64,000 bases of DNA from an uncultured virus (IMG/VR IMGVR_UViG_3300027229_000005) (lineage: Duplodnaviria; Heunggongvirae; Uroviricota; Caudoviricetes), in IMG/VR virus record IMGVR_UViG_3300027229_000005; one strand, given 5' to 3'. Each line of letters starts with the position of its first letter. Positions within the stretch are counted from its first letter, which is position 1. The notes beneath the pieces were generated by a model. It did no database searches, was not told the DNA's origin, and worked only from the letters and a program-made list of their open reading frames with translations. The position numbers and the translations under genes were made by a program. Of the stretch, positions 38,957 to 47,019 are shown piece after piece.

Positions 38957-39511
38957 ATGCCTTTACCACACTATTCAAACGATCAGACCAGCAGAAAGGG
39001 TAGAAACTTTGAACCAGTACAACAGTCACTGTTCGAAGTAACAATTATCCCACCTGCAGGTGTACAAGGTGCTAACATGCTTCTTCAGCAAGTTAAGTCA
39101 ATTTCTGGTCTAGCAATCAACAAAGAGATTGGTACTCAGGAGCAGAAGTTTAAGTTTGTAACACGTTCATTTGCATCTCAACCAGATTCAACTGCACTAG
39201 ACGTTGCAATCGCTTTCGAACTTAACTTGAACGAAGCTAACGAAGCATACGTATACAAGACGCTAAAACAATGGTATAATTTGATTTACAATCCAAATAC
39301 CGGTGCTTTTGGCCTAAAGAAAGATTACGTTGGTACTATCATCGTAACACAATTTAACAGAGCAGGTGACATCTTTAGAACAGTTACTCTAGAAGATGCG
39401 TTCATTTCATCAGGTCTTCCATTCCTAGAGGGTGGTGACTATTCAGACGCAGCTCCTCAAACCCTAGAGGTTACTTGGAGAGTTGATTCTTGGAAAGAAC
39501 AACTTGCATAA
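38957..39511 (+). CDS. tail tube protein (gp19-like)
   Basis: FEPVQQSLFEV, WYNLIYNPNTG...KKDY; directly after the sheath gene. Confidence 0.85.
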   Translation: MPLPHYSNDQTSRKGRNFEPVQQSLFEVTIIPPAGVQGANMLLQQVKSISGLAINKEIGTQEQKFKFVTRSFASQPDSTALDVAIAFELNLNEANEAYVYKTLKQWYNLIYNPNTGAFGLKKDYVGTIIVTQFNRAGDIFRTVTLEDAFISSGLPFLEGGDYSDAAPQTLEVTWRVDSWKEQLA

Positions 39512-39523
39512 TTTTATAAAAGA

Positions 39524-39555
39524 GGAGCAGGTTCATAAGATCTGCTCCCTTTTTT
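39524..39555 (+). terminator. intrinsic terminator after the tail tube gene
   Basis: GGAGCAG...CTGCTCC followed by CTTTTTT. Confidence 0.75.
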
Positions 39556-39591
39556 GACACTTTTTAAAAGATAATATCTTATCAAGGTAGT

Positions 39592-39816
39592 ATGAACGAT
39601 ACATCAAAGCTTACCAAAAAACTTCAGGTTCTTCTGTCTGAAGATGAGGTGGCAATTCTCAACAGAATCATTCTTAATGACGCAATTGAAAACGGATCAA
39701 GACCAATTTCAATGTCAGCTTTCATTAGAGAATTAATCCGACTTAAAATCGAATCTACGTCAGATGATCAGAAGACATTTGACAAAACCAGGTTAAAGCA
39801 ACTTAAAAACAAATAA
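39592..39816 (+). CDS. small ribbon-helix-helix-like protein
   Basis: KKLQVLLSEDE...SMSAFIRELI pattern. Confidence 0.6.
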   Translation: MNDTSKLTKKLQVLLSEDEVAILNRIILNDAIENGSRPISMSAFIRELIRLKIESTSDDQKTFDKTRLKQLKNK

Positions 39817-39818
39817 TT

Positions 39819-40745
39819 ATGAGCGAAGAAAACGATTACAAATCAATGGTTGACGAGAAAGACGGCATCGTTGAAGAAGTAAAAAAGAACGGTCTTGGCA
39901 AAGCGTCAATGACTAGGTTTAACAATGACACATTGGATTCAGACATTCATTTGGGATATGTTGATGTTAAAGTCGAAGATGTACCATCTGAGGGTATGTT
40001 TTATCCAGTCGATACTTCAATTAAAATTAGATCTGCGAGAGTAGCTGAAATTAGACACTTCTCAACACTTGACGAAAGCAACATTCTCGATATCGAAGAA
40101 AAGTTAAATCAAATCATTAAAGGTTGTGTCAGAATTCAATCAGGTTCAAGAATTCTTTCATATAAGGACATCCTTGAGGAAGATAGAATCTATTTACTTC
40201 TTTTGATCAGAGATCTTACTTTTCCTGAACCAGAGAATAAAATCATGATTAAGCATCAACACGATGGTAAAAACATGGATGTAGAATTATCAATTAAGTA
40301 CCTTCAGACCGAAGATATTGATTCAGAGATTGCTCCATATTACAGTGAAGAAGCTCGCGCATTTGTTATTCAAACTAAATCTGCAGGTGAAGTTGTAATG
40401 AGACCACCTTCAATCGGTGTGATGGAAGAGGTTACAAAATTCATTCAACTTCGTCAAAGAGAGCGTAAGACGTTTGATCAATCATTCTTACAAATTCTTC
40501 CATACATTACAACTGATTGGAGAGGATTTGGTTCTAAGGTTATTTTTGAAAAAGAAATTGAGTTCCAGGGTTGGAATGAAAAGAAATACATGGTCATCTA
40601 TAGATTAGCTGAAAAGATGAAGGTCGGTGTTAAAACTGATTTGAAAGTTGACCACGAGGGTGAGGAGGTCCTCGTACCTATGAACTTTCCCGGTGGGATC
40701 AAATCTCTTTTCCTTATTTCAGATCTCTCTGGAGAACTTCTTTAA
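39819..40745 (+). CDS. baseplate hub assembly / tail assembly chaperone (gp26-like)
   Basis: VPSEGMFYP, DILEEDRIYLLLLIRDLTF; lies between the tube and tape-measure genes. Confidence 0.65.
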   Translation: MSEENDYKSMVDEKDGIVEEVKKNGLGKASMTRFNNDTLDSDIHLGYVDVKVEDVPSEGMFYPVDTSIKIRSARVAEIRHFSTLDESNILDIEEKLNQIIKGCVRIQSGSRILSYKDILEEDRIYLLLLIRDLTFPEPENKIMIKHQHDGKNMDVELSIKYLQTEDIDSEIAPYYSEEARAFVIQTKSAGEVVMRPPSIGVMEEVTKFIQLRQRERKTFDQSFLQILPYITTDWRGFGSKVIFEKEIEFQGWNEKKYMVIYRLAEKMKVGVKTDLKVDHEGEEVLVPMNFPGGIKSLFLISDLSGELL

Positions 40746-41016
40746 GACTAAGTTCTATCTTGCGCATCACATTCGACTACAACCGAGTGAGATTGAACAG
40801 ATGCCATACTATGAGTACTGGTATTATGTTAAGCACCTGATAGACCACTTAAAAGAGCAAGATAAATCAAATAAGAAGGAACAAGAGCAGTATGATGACC
40901 AATCTGCTGAAATGAAGTCACAAGCTAAAATGCCAAAGATGCCAAATTACGGTAACTTTAACGCAGGTAGCATGGGAGGAATGAAGATGCCTTCAGTTAA
41001 AATGCCAAAGCTCTAA
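40693..41016 (+). CDS. downstream chaperone segment, probably expressed as a frameshift fusion with 39819-40745
   Basis: SLENFFKTKFYLAHHIRLQPSEIEQMPYYE resembles the conserved small T4-like post-gp26 ORF; its first ATG (40801) lies inside the conserved block. Confidence 0.6.
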   Translation: MGSNLFSLFQISLENFFKTKFYLAHHIRLQPSEIEQMPYYEYWYYVKHLIDHLKEQDKSNKKEQEQYDDQSAEMKSQAKMPKMPNYGNFNAGSMGGMKMPSVKMPKL

Positions 41017-41053
41017 TATATAGACTAGAGTAAAAAACATCTATGCTAAATAA

Positions 41054-43309
41054 GTGAAACTTTTCAGTTCTCCATTCGAGAAACTTTCATCTCAAAGTCT
41101 TCAAAACATTGAAACCGCCACTAGGGTGACAGCAGAGTCTGTTTCACCCGGCGGTGCTTTGTTGGGTAAGATTGAAGAAATGATCGGTTACTTGAAAAAA
41201 ATAGAAAAGAATACATCTGTATATAAATCTCCACTGACTGGTTTAGATAAAGCTACATTAAAGCTAATTGGTCCAGCAGCTCAAGGCATTGCACAGGCTT
41301 TTAAAATTATCATTGATTCTATAAATGCCGCTCCGTCTGGAGAACAAATGGAGAAAAAGATCAATTCAGTCGTCAAGGGTATATCAGCCGTTGTAGGACT
41401 AGGTAAAGCTATTTTCAAATTTGCAGCAATGTTGGCGCTTTCACTTCCTCTATTAATCATAGGTATGGTGGCCCTACCATTAGCGGCCTTCATGATCTTA
41501 GCAGTTGCCAGTATATTCTTTTTGATCCAGGCAATGGGCATTGATAGAACAATCAAAAAGGTTGCAACAGGATTAGCTATTGCAGGTTTAGCATTTATAA
41601 CACTTTCAGGTGGATTGGCAGTGAGTTATCTAATCATTGAATCTACGTTCGGTGGAGTTGGTAATGGAGCCATTGCTAGTATGGGAGTTTTCCTAGCTGT
41701 CTTAGTTTTAGGAACCGCAATAGTATTTAGTATCGCAGGTCTTTTATCACCGCTTATTCAACGAGGTGCAATCGCGATTGGATTGTCGAGTCTACCGCTT
41801 TTAATTTTAGCAGCTTCATTTGCGATTTTTAGAACTGCCGTTCCACCAACCTCAGAAGGTTGGACTACGATTGCTCAAGTCGGAGCAACTGTCACCGGAC
41901 TTGGAGTTTTAATGGCAGCTGCCGGAGCCGCTGCAGTACTTATTATTCCTGGCGCGGCAGCAATGGTGATATCGGGTTTAGCATTATTATTAGTCTCTGC
42001 TGGATTTGCAGCCATTGCAGCTGTAATGAAACCTGGAAAGTTTGATTATTTGTTAGCGGATTCAGGCCATGTAACCGAAGGTTTCTTAGGGTTTGGTGCT
42101 GGTAGAATGATGTCAAACATGGAATGGGCAATTCTATCCCTTGCACGATCGTTTACATTACCTGTTAAATCAATTGCTTCAATGTATGCCGCTGCGCCGG
42201 CCTTGATCATGTCAGGTTTAGCTCTAATATCGATTTCGAAAGGTATCGAAAAGTTTCAATCGATGCAAATTGATTATGAAACTCTACCTGGTCAAATTGA
42301 TAAAGTCACGACTGTTTTAGCCGACTCATTTGCTAAAGTGGGCATGAAATATCCTGGAGGAGGTGCTGGACTAATCGGTGCAATGTTCGGTAGCGGTTCA
42401 GATACATCTGTGGTTGCACAAGGTATTTCAGCTGTTTCGGGTATGGGTAGAGCACTAACCGGTATTGCAACTGGAGTACAAGAAATGGCGTTACTAAGAT
42501 TCCCTACTAAGTGGGATAAAAACGGTAACCCTATTGCATTTAGACAGCTAAAGGATGAAGACTTTGACGCCGTCACTCGCAACACTCAAAAAATCGTAGT
42601 TGCTCTATCATCTACATTTGGTAAGATTGGCGCAATGCCAGAAGCAGCTGACCCATGGGGTTGGTTTGGTAACTCAAAGGTAGAAGAAGGTATTGAGATT
42701 GTTCAAAAGATGTCAGATCCGCTGGTTAAATTGTCAGAGTTCATTAAAACGTTTTCTCAGCAAGAAATTGATGTTAAAGGAACCGTTGATAAGACCAAGC
42801 AAATTATCGGTGCAATGACAGCTGTTTTTGTGGAAGCCGGCAAGAGTATGACGGTTGATCAAATTGAAGCCGCTGCAGAAGCATACGAAGATATGGCCGA
42901 TGCAATGGAAGACATGGCCGATTCAATGCAAGATTGGACCAAAGGTGTTAATTCACTTGATCTAAAGAAAGTCACAGAGGTCAGAAAGTTATATGAAGGT
43001 CTTGCATATCTTGCAAAGAACGATGGAGAAACTGCCATTGAGAAAATGGGATCTTCACTAGTTGAAGCCTTGAATCACTTGTCAGAGCTATTAGAAAAAG
43101 CAGGAGACAAGAAAGGAAGCTTCCTCGATGGTTTACTTCCAGGTGGTGGTGAAACTGCTCCTCCTAAAAAGCCAGGCACAGGTGCTGAAGTTCCAGGTAA
43201 AGAGAATAATAAATCTGAATCTTCTGCAATTTCAACGGCCGAACTCAAGAAGCTAGCGCAAATCCTTCAGTCAGGTATTGACGTTAGAGTAGTCAACGAC
43301 AGATTCTAA
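41054..43309 (+). CDS. tape-measure-like protein with a hydrophobic segment
   Basis: 751 aa, Ala/Gly rich and helical with several TM-like stretches; follows the chaperones; GTG start; late motif at 41015. Confidence 0.65.
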   Translation: MKLFSSPFEKLSSQSLQNIETATRVTAESVSPGGALLGKIEEMIGYLKKIEKNTSVYKSPLTGLDKATLKLIGPAAQGIAQAFKIIIDSINAAPSGEQMEKKINSVVKGISAVVGLGKAIFKFAAMLALSLPLLIIGMVALPLAAFMILAVASIFFLIQAMGIDRTIKKVATGLAIAGLAFITLSGGLAVSYLIIESTFGGVGNGAIASMGVFLAVLVLGTAIVFSIAGLLSPLIQRGAIAIGLSSLPLLILAASFAIFRTAVPPTSEGWTTIAQVGATVTGLGVLMAAAGAAAVLIIPGAAAMVISGLALLLVSAGFAAIAAVMKPGKFDYLLADSGHVTEGFLGFGAGRMMSNMEWAILSLARSFTLPVKSIASMYAAAPALIMSGLALISISKGIEKFQSMQIDYETLPGQIDKVTTVLADSFAKVGMKYPGGGAGLIGAMFGSGSDTSVVAQGISAVSGMGRALTGIATGVQEMALLRFPTKWDKNGNPIAFRQLKDEDFDAVTRNTQKIVVALSSTFGKIGAMPEAADPWGWFGNSKVEEGIEIVQKMSDPLVKLSEFIKTFSQQEIDVKGTVDKTKQIIGAMTAVFVEAGKSMTVDQIEAAAEAYEDMADAMEDMADSMQDWTKGVNSLDLKKVTEVRKLYEGLAYLAKNDGETAIEKMGSSLVEALNHLSELLEKAGDKKGSFLDGLLPGGGETAPPKKPGTGAEVPGKENNKSESSAISTAELKKLAQILQSGIDVRVVNDRF

Positions 43310-43438
43310 CCTTCAACCCAGGATTAGAACCAATCCTTCTATGCCTTCTAATGTAATTGGTTTCATAGGTAGACAACTTTATTTCTTAGTGAAACAAACT
43401 CCTTAGATGTTATATAAATTACATTAGTCGATAAGATA

Positions 43439-44890
43439 ATGAACAAGGGAGTAACATTTGTTTTAACATCATGTGGAAGAGTTGATCTTTTAGAAAAGAC
43501 CCTAGAGTCTTTCTTTAAGTTTAATACATATCCAATCGACAGATATTTGATTACTGAAGATTCTGCTGATTTAAAAGTTTTCGAACAATGCAAAGTCTTA
43601 AATCAAAAATACGATAATAAGCTCGAATTCATTTTCAATTACGAGAAGTTAGGACAGACAGGATCCATAGATAAAGCGTATTCAATGGTGGAAACAGAAT
43701 ACGTATTCCATTGTGAAGAAGATTGGGATTTTAATCGATCGGGTTTTATTGAAAAATCAATAAAAGTTTTAGAAAAATATCCAAAGATTTTACAAGTTTG
43801 GATTAGACCAAAGTCAGACAAGATTCTTAATAGTATTGATTCGCAAATTCACTCGGTAGAAGAAGGGGTATCTATAAGAATAGTAAAGCCCGTCAGTTTT
43901 ACTGTCAAAGGAGCTAATGACGATGGAACCGATATGATAATTAAAAATTATATGGGTTTTAGTTGGAATCCTGGATTGAAAAGATTAAGTGATTGGAAAC
44001 TTTTAAGTGAAGGTTACTCAGGCCTTAACAGAGAACACCTAGTCGACGCATATTATAGAGATAGAGGATTTTCAGTTTGGAGCCTTTCTGAAAATGATGA
44101 AGATGGATATGTTACACATTCCGGATGGGATAGAAGGGCTGATAATCCTGTTCTTAAAGAACAAAAGGTAGGCATTTCAGTTGTAATGCCATCTTTTCTT
44201 GGTGAATACGCTGGCAGTAGATCAAATCCCGTTGAAAAGTTTATCAGAGCTGTTGAATCATTTAAAGCACAGATTTACAAACAAAAGGAATTAATCATCA
44301 TCAGTGATGGCTGTGAAAGAACTAATCAGATCTACGAAGAAAGATGGAAACAAGATCCTTTAATTAGGTTGATTAAATGTGAAAAATCAGATTCAACTTG
44401 GCCTGGAACACTAAGAGAAGTAGGAAGGTCAGTAGCGAGATATAATTGGATATGTTACCTAGACACAGACGACATCATTTTAGAAAATCATTTATCTTTA
44501 ATTAGTAATGCAATTACGACAGCGCCAAATGGAACTACTGTTTTATTTGACATGTATTACATGCTTCCTTTAATTGAAAATCCAAATAAGCTAATGCTTC
44601 AATATTTTGGAATGGATAATAATGTTAAAGGATATGAAGAATTAAGAAACGCATGTCAATTAATTGTAATTAATCAAAAGATTGCATCTACTAAAGCAAT
44701 GGGCCAAAATGGAACTTGGCAAATCGTTCATCATAAAGAAGTTCCTCATCGTTGGAGGAATTCATTGACGATGGGAGAAGACCTAGACTTTATCAATCGT
44801 TTAAAAACAACTGAAAAGTATTCTACATTTAGAGGGCAATTTCTTTTATGTCACAATACCAATAATAGAAAAACAATTTGGGAAATCTAA
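43439..44890 (+). CDS. two-domain glycosyltransferase (GT-A + GT2)
   Basis: N-domain TSCGRVDLL..FHCEEDW..FSWNPGL; C-domain ISVVMPSF..ELIIISDGC..YLDTDD. Confidence 0.85.
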   Translation: MNKGVTFVLTSCGRVDLLEKTLESFFKFNTYPIDRYLITEDSADLKVFEQCKVLNQKYDNKLEFIFNYEKLGQTGSIDKAYSMVETEYVFHCEEDWDFNRSGFIEKSIKVLEKYPKILQVWIRPKSDKILNSIDSQIHSVEEGVSIRIVKPVSFTVKGANDDGTDMIIKNYMGFSWNPGLKRLSDWKLLSEGYSGLNREHLVDAYYRDRGFSVWSLSENDEDGYVTHSGWDRRADNPVLKEQKVGISVVMPSFLGEYAGSRSNPVEKFIRAVESFKAQIYKQKELIIISDGCERTNQIYEERWKQDPLIRLIKCEKSDSTWPGTLREVGRSVARYNWICYLDTDDIILENHLSLISNAITTAPNGTTVLFDMYYMLPLIENPNKLMLQYFGMDNNVKGYEELRNACQLIVINQKIASTKAMGQNGTWQIVHHKEVPHRWRNSLTMGEDLDFINRLKTTEKYSTFRGQFLLCHNTNNRKTIWEI

Positions 44891-44901
44891 ACTCATTTAT
44901 A

Positions 44902-45144
44902 ATGATAACTTCACAAACAAATCAATACAACTCATCAACTGTTAAATCTAGTTCTTACAACTACGAGCACAAGGTCCTAACAGTTCACTTTGATCACGCA
45001 ACTTACGTTTATGAAAACGTGTCAGTCGAAGACTACGTATTCTTCGCTTCAGCCTCCTCACAGGGTCGCTCTCTAAATGAATTTATCAAGGGTAAGTACG
45101 AGTTTCAAAAGATTAACGAAATCAAAGAAGCTTCGGCCAAGTGA
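44902..45144 (+). CDS. KTSC domain protein
   Basis: SSTVKSSSYN..LTVHF..TYVYENV..Y..F..ASSQGRSLNEFIKGKY. Confidence 0.8.
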   Translation: MITSQTNQYNSSTVKSSSYNYEHKVLTVHFDHATYVYENVSVEDYVFFASASSQGRSLNEFIKGKYEFQKINEIKEASAK

Positions 45145-45185
45145 TTGAAACAAACTCTCAAGTTAGAGTATAAATAACTGAATAT

Positions 45186-45197
45186 CGTTCTTTAACA
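45186..45197 (+). promoter_or_regulatory. boxA-like antitermination element
   Basis: CGTTCTTTAACA versus rrn boxA TGCTCTTTAACA; lies between the promoter and tRNA-Arg; second copy at 45533. Confidence 0.5.
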
Positions 45198-45228
45198 TAC
45201 TGTAATCAAAGACAAAAATTAACTCTTT

Positions 45229-45302
45229 GGACCCATAGCTCAATTGGATAGAGCAACACACTTCTAATGTGTAGGTTACAGGTTCGACTCCTGTTGGGTT
45301 CA
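45229..45302 (+). tRNA. tRNA-Arg(UCU)
   Basis: GGACCCA/TGGGTTC acceptor, ACACA-CTTCTAA-TGTGT anticodon arm, GGTTCGACTCC. Confidence 0.95.
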
Positions 45303-45425
45303 CAAAAAAAGTTTAAACCCGATGAAACTATAACATACCATCAGGTATAAATAACACAACAAAATAGTTCTTTGTTTTTGGTTACACAAAGACGGGAGAC
45401 CCTGGAAACAGACTCCCTTTTTAAT

Positions 45426-45507
45426 GCGGATGTGGCGAAATTGGTAGACGCGCCAGACTTAGGATCTGGTTTCTTACGAAGTGAAGGTTCGATTCCTTTC
45501 ATCCGCA
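45426..45507 (+). tRNA. tRNA-Leu(UAG)
   Basis: GCGGATG/CATCCGC acceptor, CCAGA-CTTAGGA-TCTGG, long variable arm, GGTTCGATTCC. Confidence 0.95.
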
Positions 45508-45532
45508 CAAACCCAGACGTGTACTAAAACAC

Positions 45533-45544
45533 TGTTCTTTGACA
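45533..45544 (+). promoter_or_regulatory. boxA-like antitermination element
   Basis: TGTTCTTTGACA upstream of tRNA-Ser. Confidence 0.5.
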
Positions 45545-45561
45545 TATTAGTTCTAATAAAG

Positions 45562-45646
45562 GGAGGCGTGGCAGAGTGGTCGATCGCGGCAGTCTTGAAA
45601 ACTGTTGACTGTAACAGGTCCGTAGGTTCGAATCCTACCGCCTCCG
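45562..45646 (+). tRNA. tRNA-Ser(UGA)
   Basis: GGAGGCG/CGCCTCC acceptor, GCAGT-CTTGAAA-ACTGT, long variable arm, GGTTCGAATCC. Confidence 0.95.
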
Positions 45647-45707
45647 CGAAGAGATTGCAATTCTATTGAGAATTGATTCTCTTTATTAACCTTTAAACAA
45701 GAGTAAC

Positions 45708-45872
45708 ATGAAAAAATCTCTTTTTCTAGCTGCAATGGCATTCGCCGCTGTAGCTTGTAACAACACTGAAGAGGTTGTAACTGAGGAAACTACTACCGTT
45801 GAGGAAGTTGTTTCTGAGGAAGCTACCACTGAAGTAGTTGCGGAAGAAGCTACCGAAGTAGTAGCTGAGTAA
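45708..45872 (+). CDS. 54-aa acidic lipoprotein (not in the ORF track)
   Basis: MKKSLFLAAMAFAAVA-C lipobox, then NNTEEVVTEETTTVEEVVSEEATTEVVAEEATEVVAE. Confidence 0.85.
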   Translation: MKKSLFLAAMAFAAVACNNTEEVVTEETTTVEEVVSEEATTEVVAEEATEVVAE

Positions 45873-45931
45873 TCCCACTGAGTCTAGCCTAGGGGACGGG
45901 ACTAACACTCAACTCGATACCGTCCCCTAAT

Positions 45932-46007
45932 GCCTCCTTAGCTCAGTTGGTAGAGCCACTGATTTGTAATCAGTAGGTCGTTGGTTCGAGTCCGACAGGA
46001 GGCTCCA
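45932..46007 (+). tRNA. tRNA-Thr(UGU), CCA encoded
   Basis: GCCTCCT/AGGAGGC acceptor, ACTGA-TTTGTAA-TCAGT. Confidence 0.95.
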
Positions 46008-46008
46008 A

Positions 46009-46104
46009 GGTGGTAATTAGACGAAAATGAAATTCATGCTGTGATGTTAACCTAATCAGCACATTCAGAAGTAGAAATGAGTAACCGCAAATTACTCGCC
46101 ACCA
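46009..46104 (+). ncRNA. candidate ~96-nt structured RNA
   Basis: GGTGGT/GCCACC closing stem, GAGTAA-CCGCAAA-TTACTC arm, TGCTG/CAGCA stem; ends CCA. Confidence 0.4.
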
Positions 46105-46110
46105 AGAAAA

Positions 46111-46204
46111 TGGAGAGATAAACGTAAAACCCTAAGAGCACAGTCGACGGACTGCTTAGGTTGGGACCTTGATGCTGCAAGCGCGCTAAAAAGGTGAAGC
46201 TCCA
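46111..46204 (+). ncRNA. candidate ~94-nt three-way-junction RNA
   Basis: TGGAG/CTCCA closing stem, CCTAAG/CTTAGG with CAGTC-GACG-GACTG, ACCTT/AAGGT. Confidence 0.45.
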
Positions 46205-46211
46205 AAAAATT

Positions 46212-46284
46212 GCGAAAGTAGCTCAGTTGGTAGAGCATGACCTTGCCAAGGTCAGGGTCGCCGGTTCGAACCCGGTCTTTCGCT
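46212..46284 (+). tRNA. tRNA-Gly(GCC)
   Basis: GCGAAAG/CTTTCGC acceptor, TGACC-TTGCCAA-GGTCA. Confidence 0.95.
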
Positions 46285-46285
46285 C

Positions 46286-46585
46286 AAAATAGTAATGTGA
46301 CCGAACAAGGGGTTAAGAGTCCTTAAGGTACTGGCTGAACTGCTGAAAAGCAGGAATGTTGGATCACACAGATCTATGAGATAAAACCACTCAAACTACA
46401 GGGTAGAATGCGCAACCTGGTAGTCAATGAGGTCCCGCCAAGATACGCTATCTGATCTTTGCAACGGGTGCTGGTATGCAATCCAGCTGGTCATTACAAC
46501 AGAACTAGCTACTCTGTTGGACCATGGGTGAAAAGGGGTAGATCCAAGGTGTATGGGTAGTCAGGAATCCCATTATTACTATTTT
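46286..46585 (+). ncRNA. candidate ~300-nt multi-stem non-coding RNA
   Basis: 11-bp end-to-end helix AAAATAGTAAT/ATTACTATTTT enclosing about ten internal stems; no convincing ORF. Confidence 0.6.
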
Positions 46586-46589
46586 TCAT

Positions 46590-46666
46590 GGGGGTATAGC
46601 TCAGTTGGCTAGAGCATCTGCCTTGCACGCAGAGGGTCGTGGGTTCGAATCCCTCTACCTCCACCA
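46590..46666 (+). tRNA. tRNA-Ala(UGC), CCA encoded
   Basis: GGGGGTA/TACCTCC acceptor with G3:U70, TCTGC-CTTGCAC-GCAGA. Confidence 0.95.
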
Positions 46667-46718
46667 TGAGTTTCTTTGTTCTCAGGCAAAACAAAGTGGA
46701 GCTAATGTGGCGAAATTA

Positions 46719-46755
46719 GACGGTTGAGCTTCGGTTCAACCGTCCATTTCTTTTT
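46719..46755 (+). terminator. UUCG hairpin, probable terminator of the tRNA operon
   Basis: GACGGTTGAGC-TTCG-GTTCAACCGTC then CATTTCTTTTT. Confidence 0.7.
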
Positions 46756-46758
46756 AAT

Positions 46759-47019
46759 ATGAGTAAGATCAAAGAAATCATTGAAGGTTGGGGAAGATTG
46801 CTCTTCCAAGATTACGATAACCTAGCACCTGCCCTGAAAGAAAGAACAGAGCAGCGTCTTTCAATTTGTCATGATTGCAAGATTCGTAACGGTGTAATTT
46901 GCGATCCAACCAAAACAGGAACTCATGCGGAAACAGGTAAGATTGTTCGAGGATGTGGTTGTCACCTAAGAGCTAAAGCTCTATCTGTAAATTCTTCTTG
47001 TCCACTTGGTAAGTGGTGA
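46759..47019 (+). CDS. small Cys-rich (zinc-binding) protein
   Basis: RLSICHDC..GCGCHLRAK..SCPLGKW. Confidence 0.75.
   Translation: MSKIKEIIEGWGRLLFQDYDNLAPALKERTEQRLSICHDCKIRNGVICDPTKTGTHAETGKIVRGCGCHLRAKALSVNSSCPLGKW

Noticed and set aside
46008..46210. Theta/HDV-like or hammerhead ribozymes after the tRNAs
   Set aside because: No CTGANGA/GAAA core and no nested double pseudoknot could be built by eye.
46286..46585. Calling the 300-nt RNA RNase P RNA, tmRNA or a group I intron
   Set aside because: Only fragments resemble them (ACAGAA..GCT, GAACTGCTGAAA); no GAGGAAAGTCC, no canonical P4 or P7 pseudoknot, no tmRNA ends or tag ORF.
45481..46694. ORF-track entries at 45481, 45553, 45726 and 46509
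   Set aside because: They overlap tRNA genes or are antisense to the lipoprotein and structured RNA.
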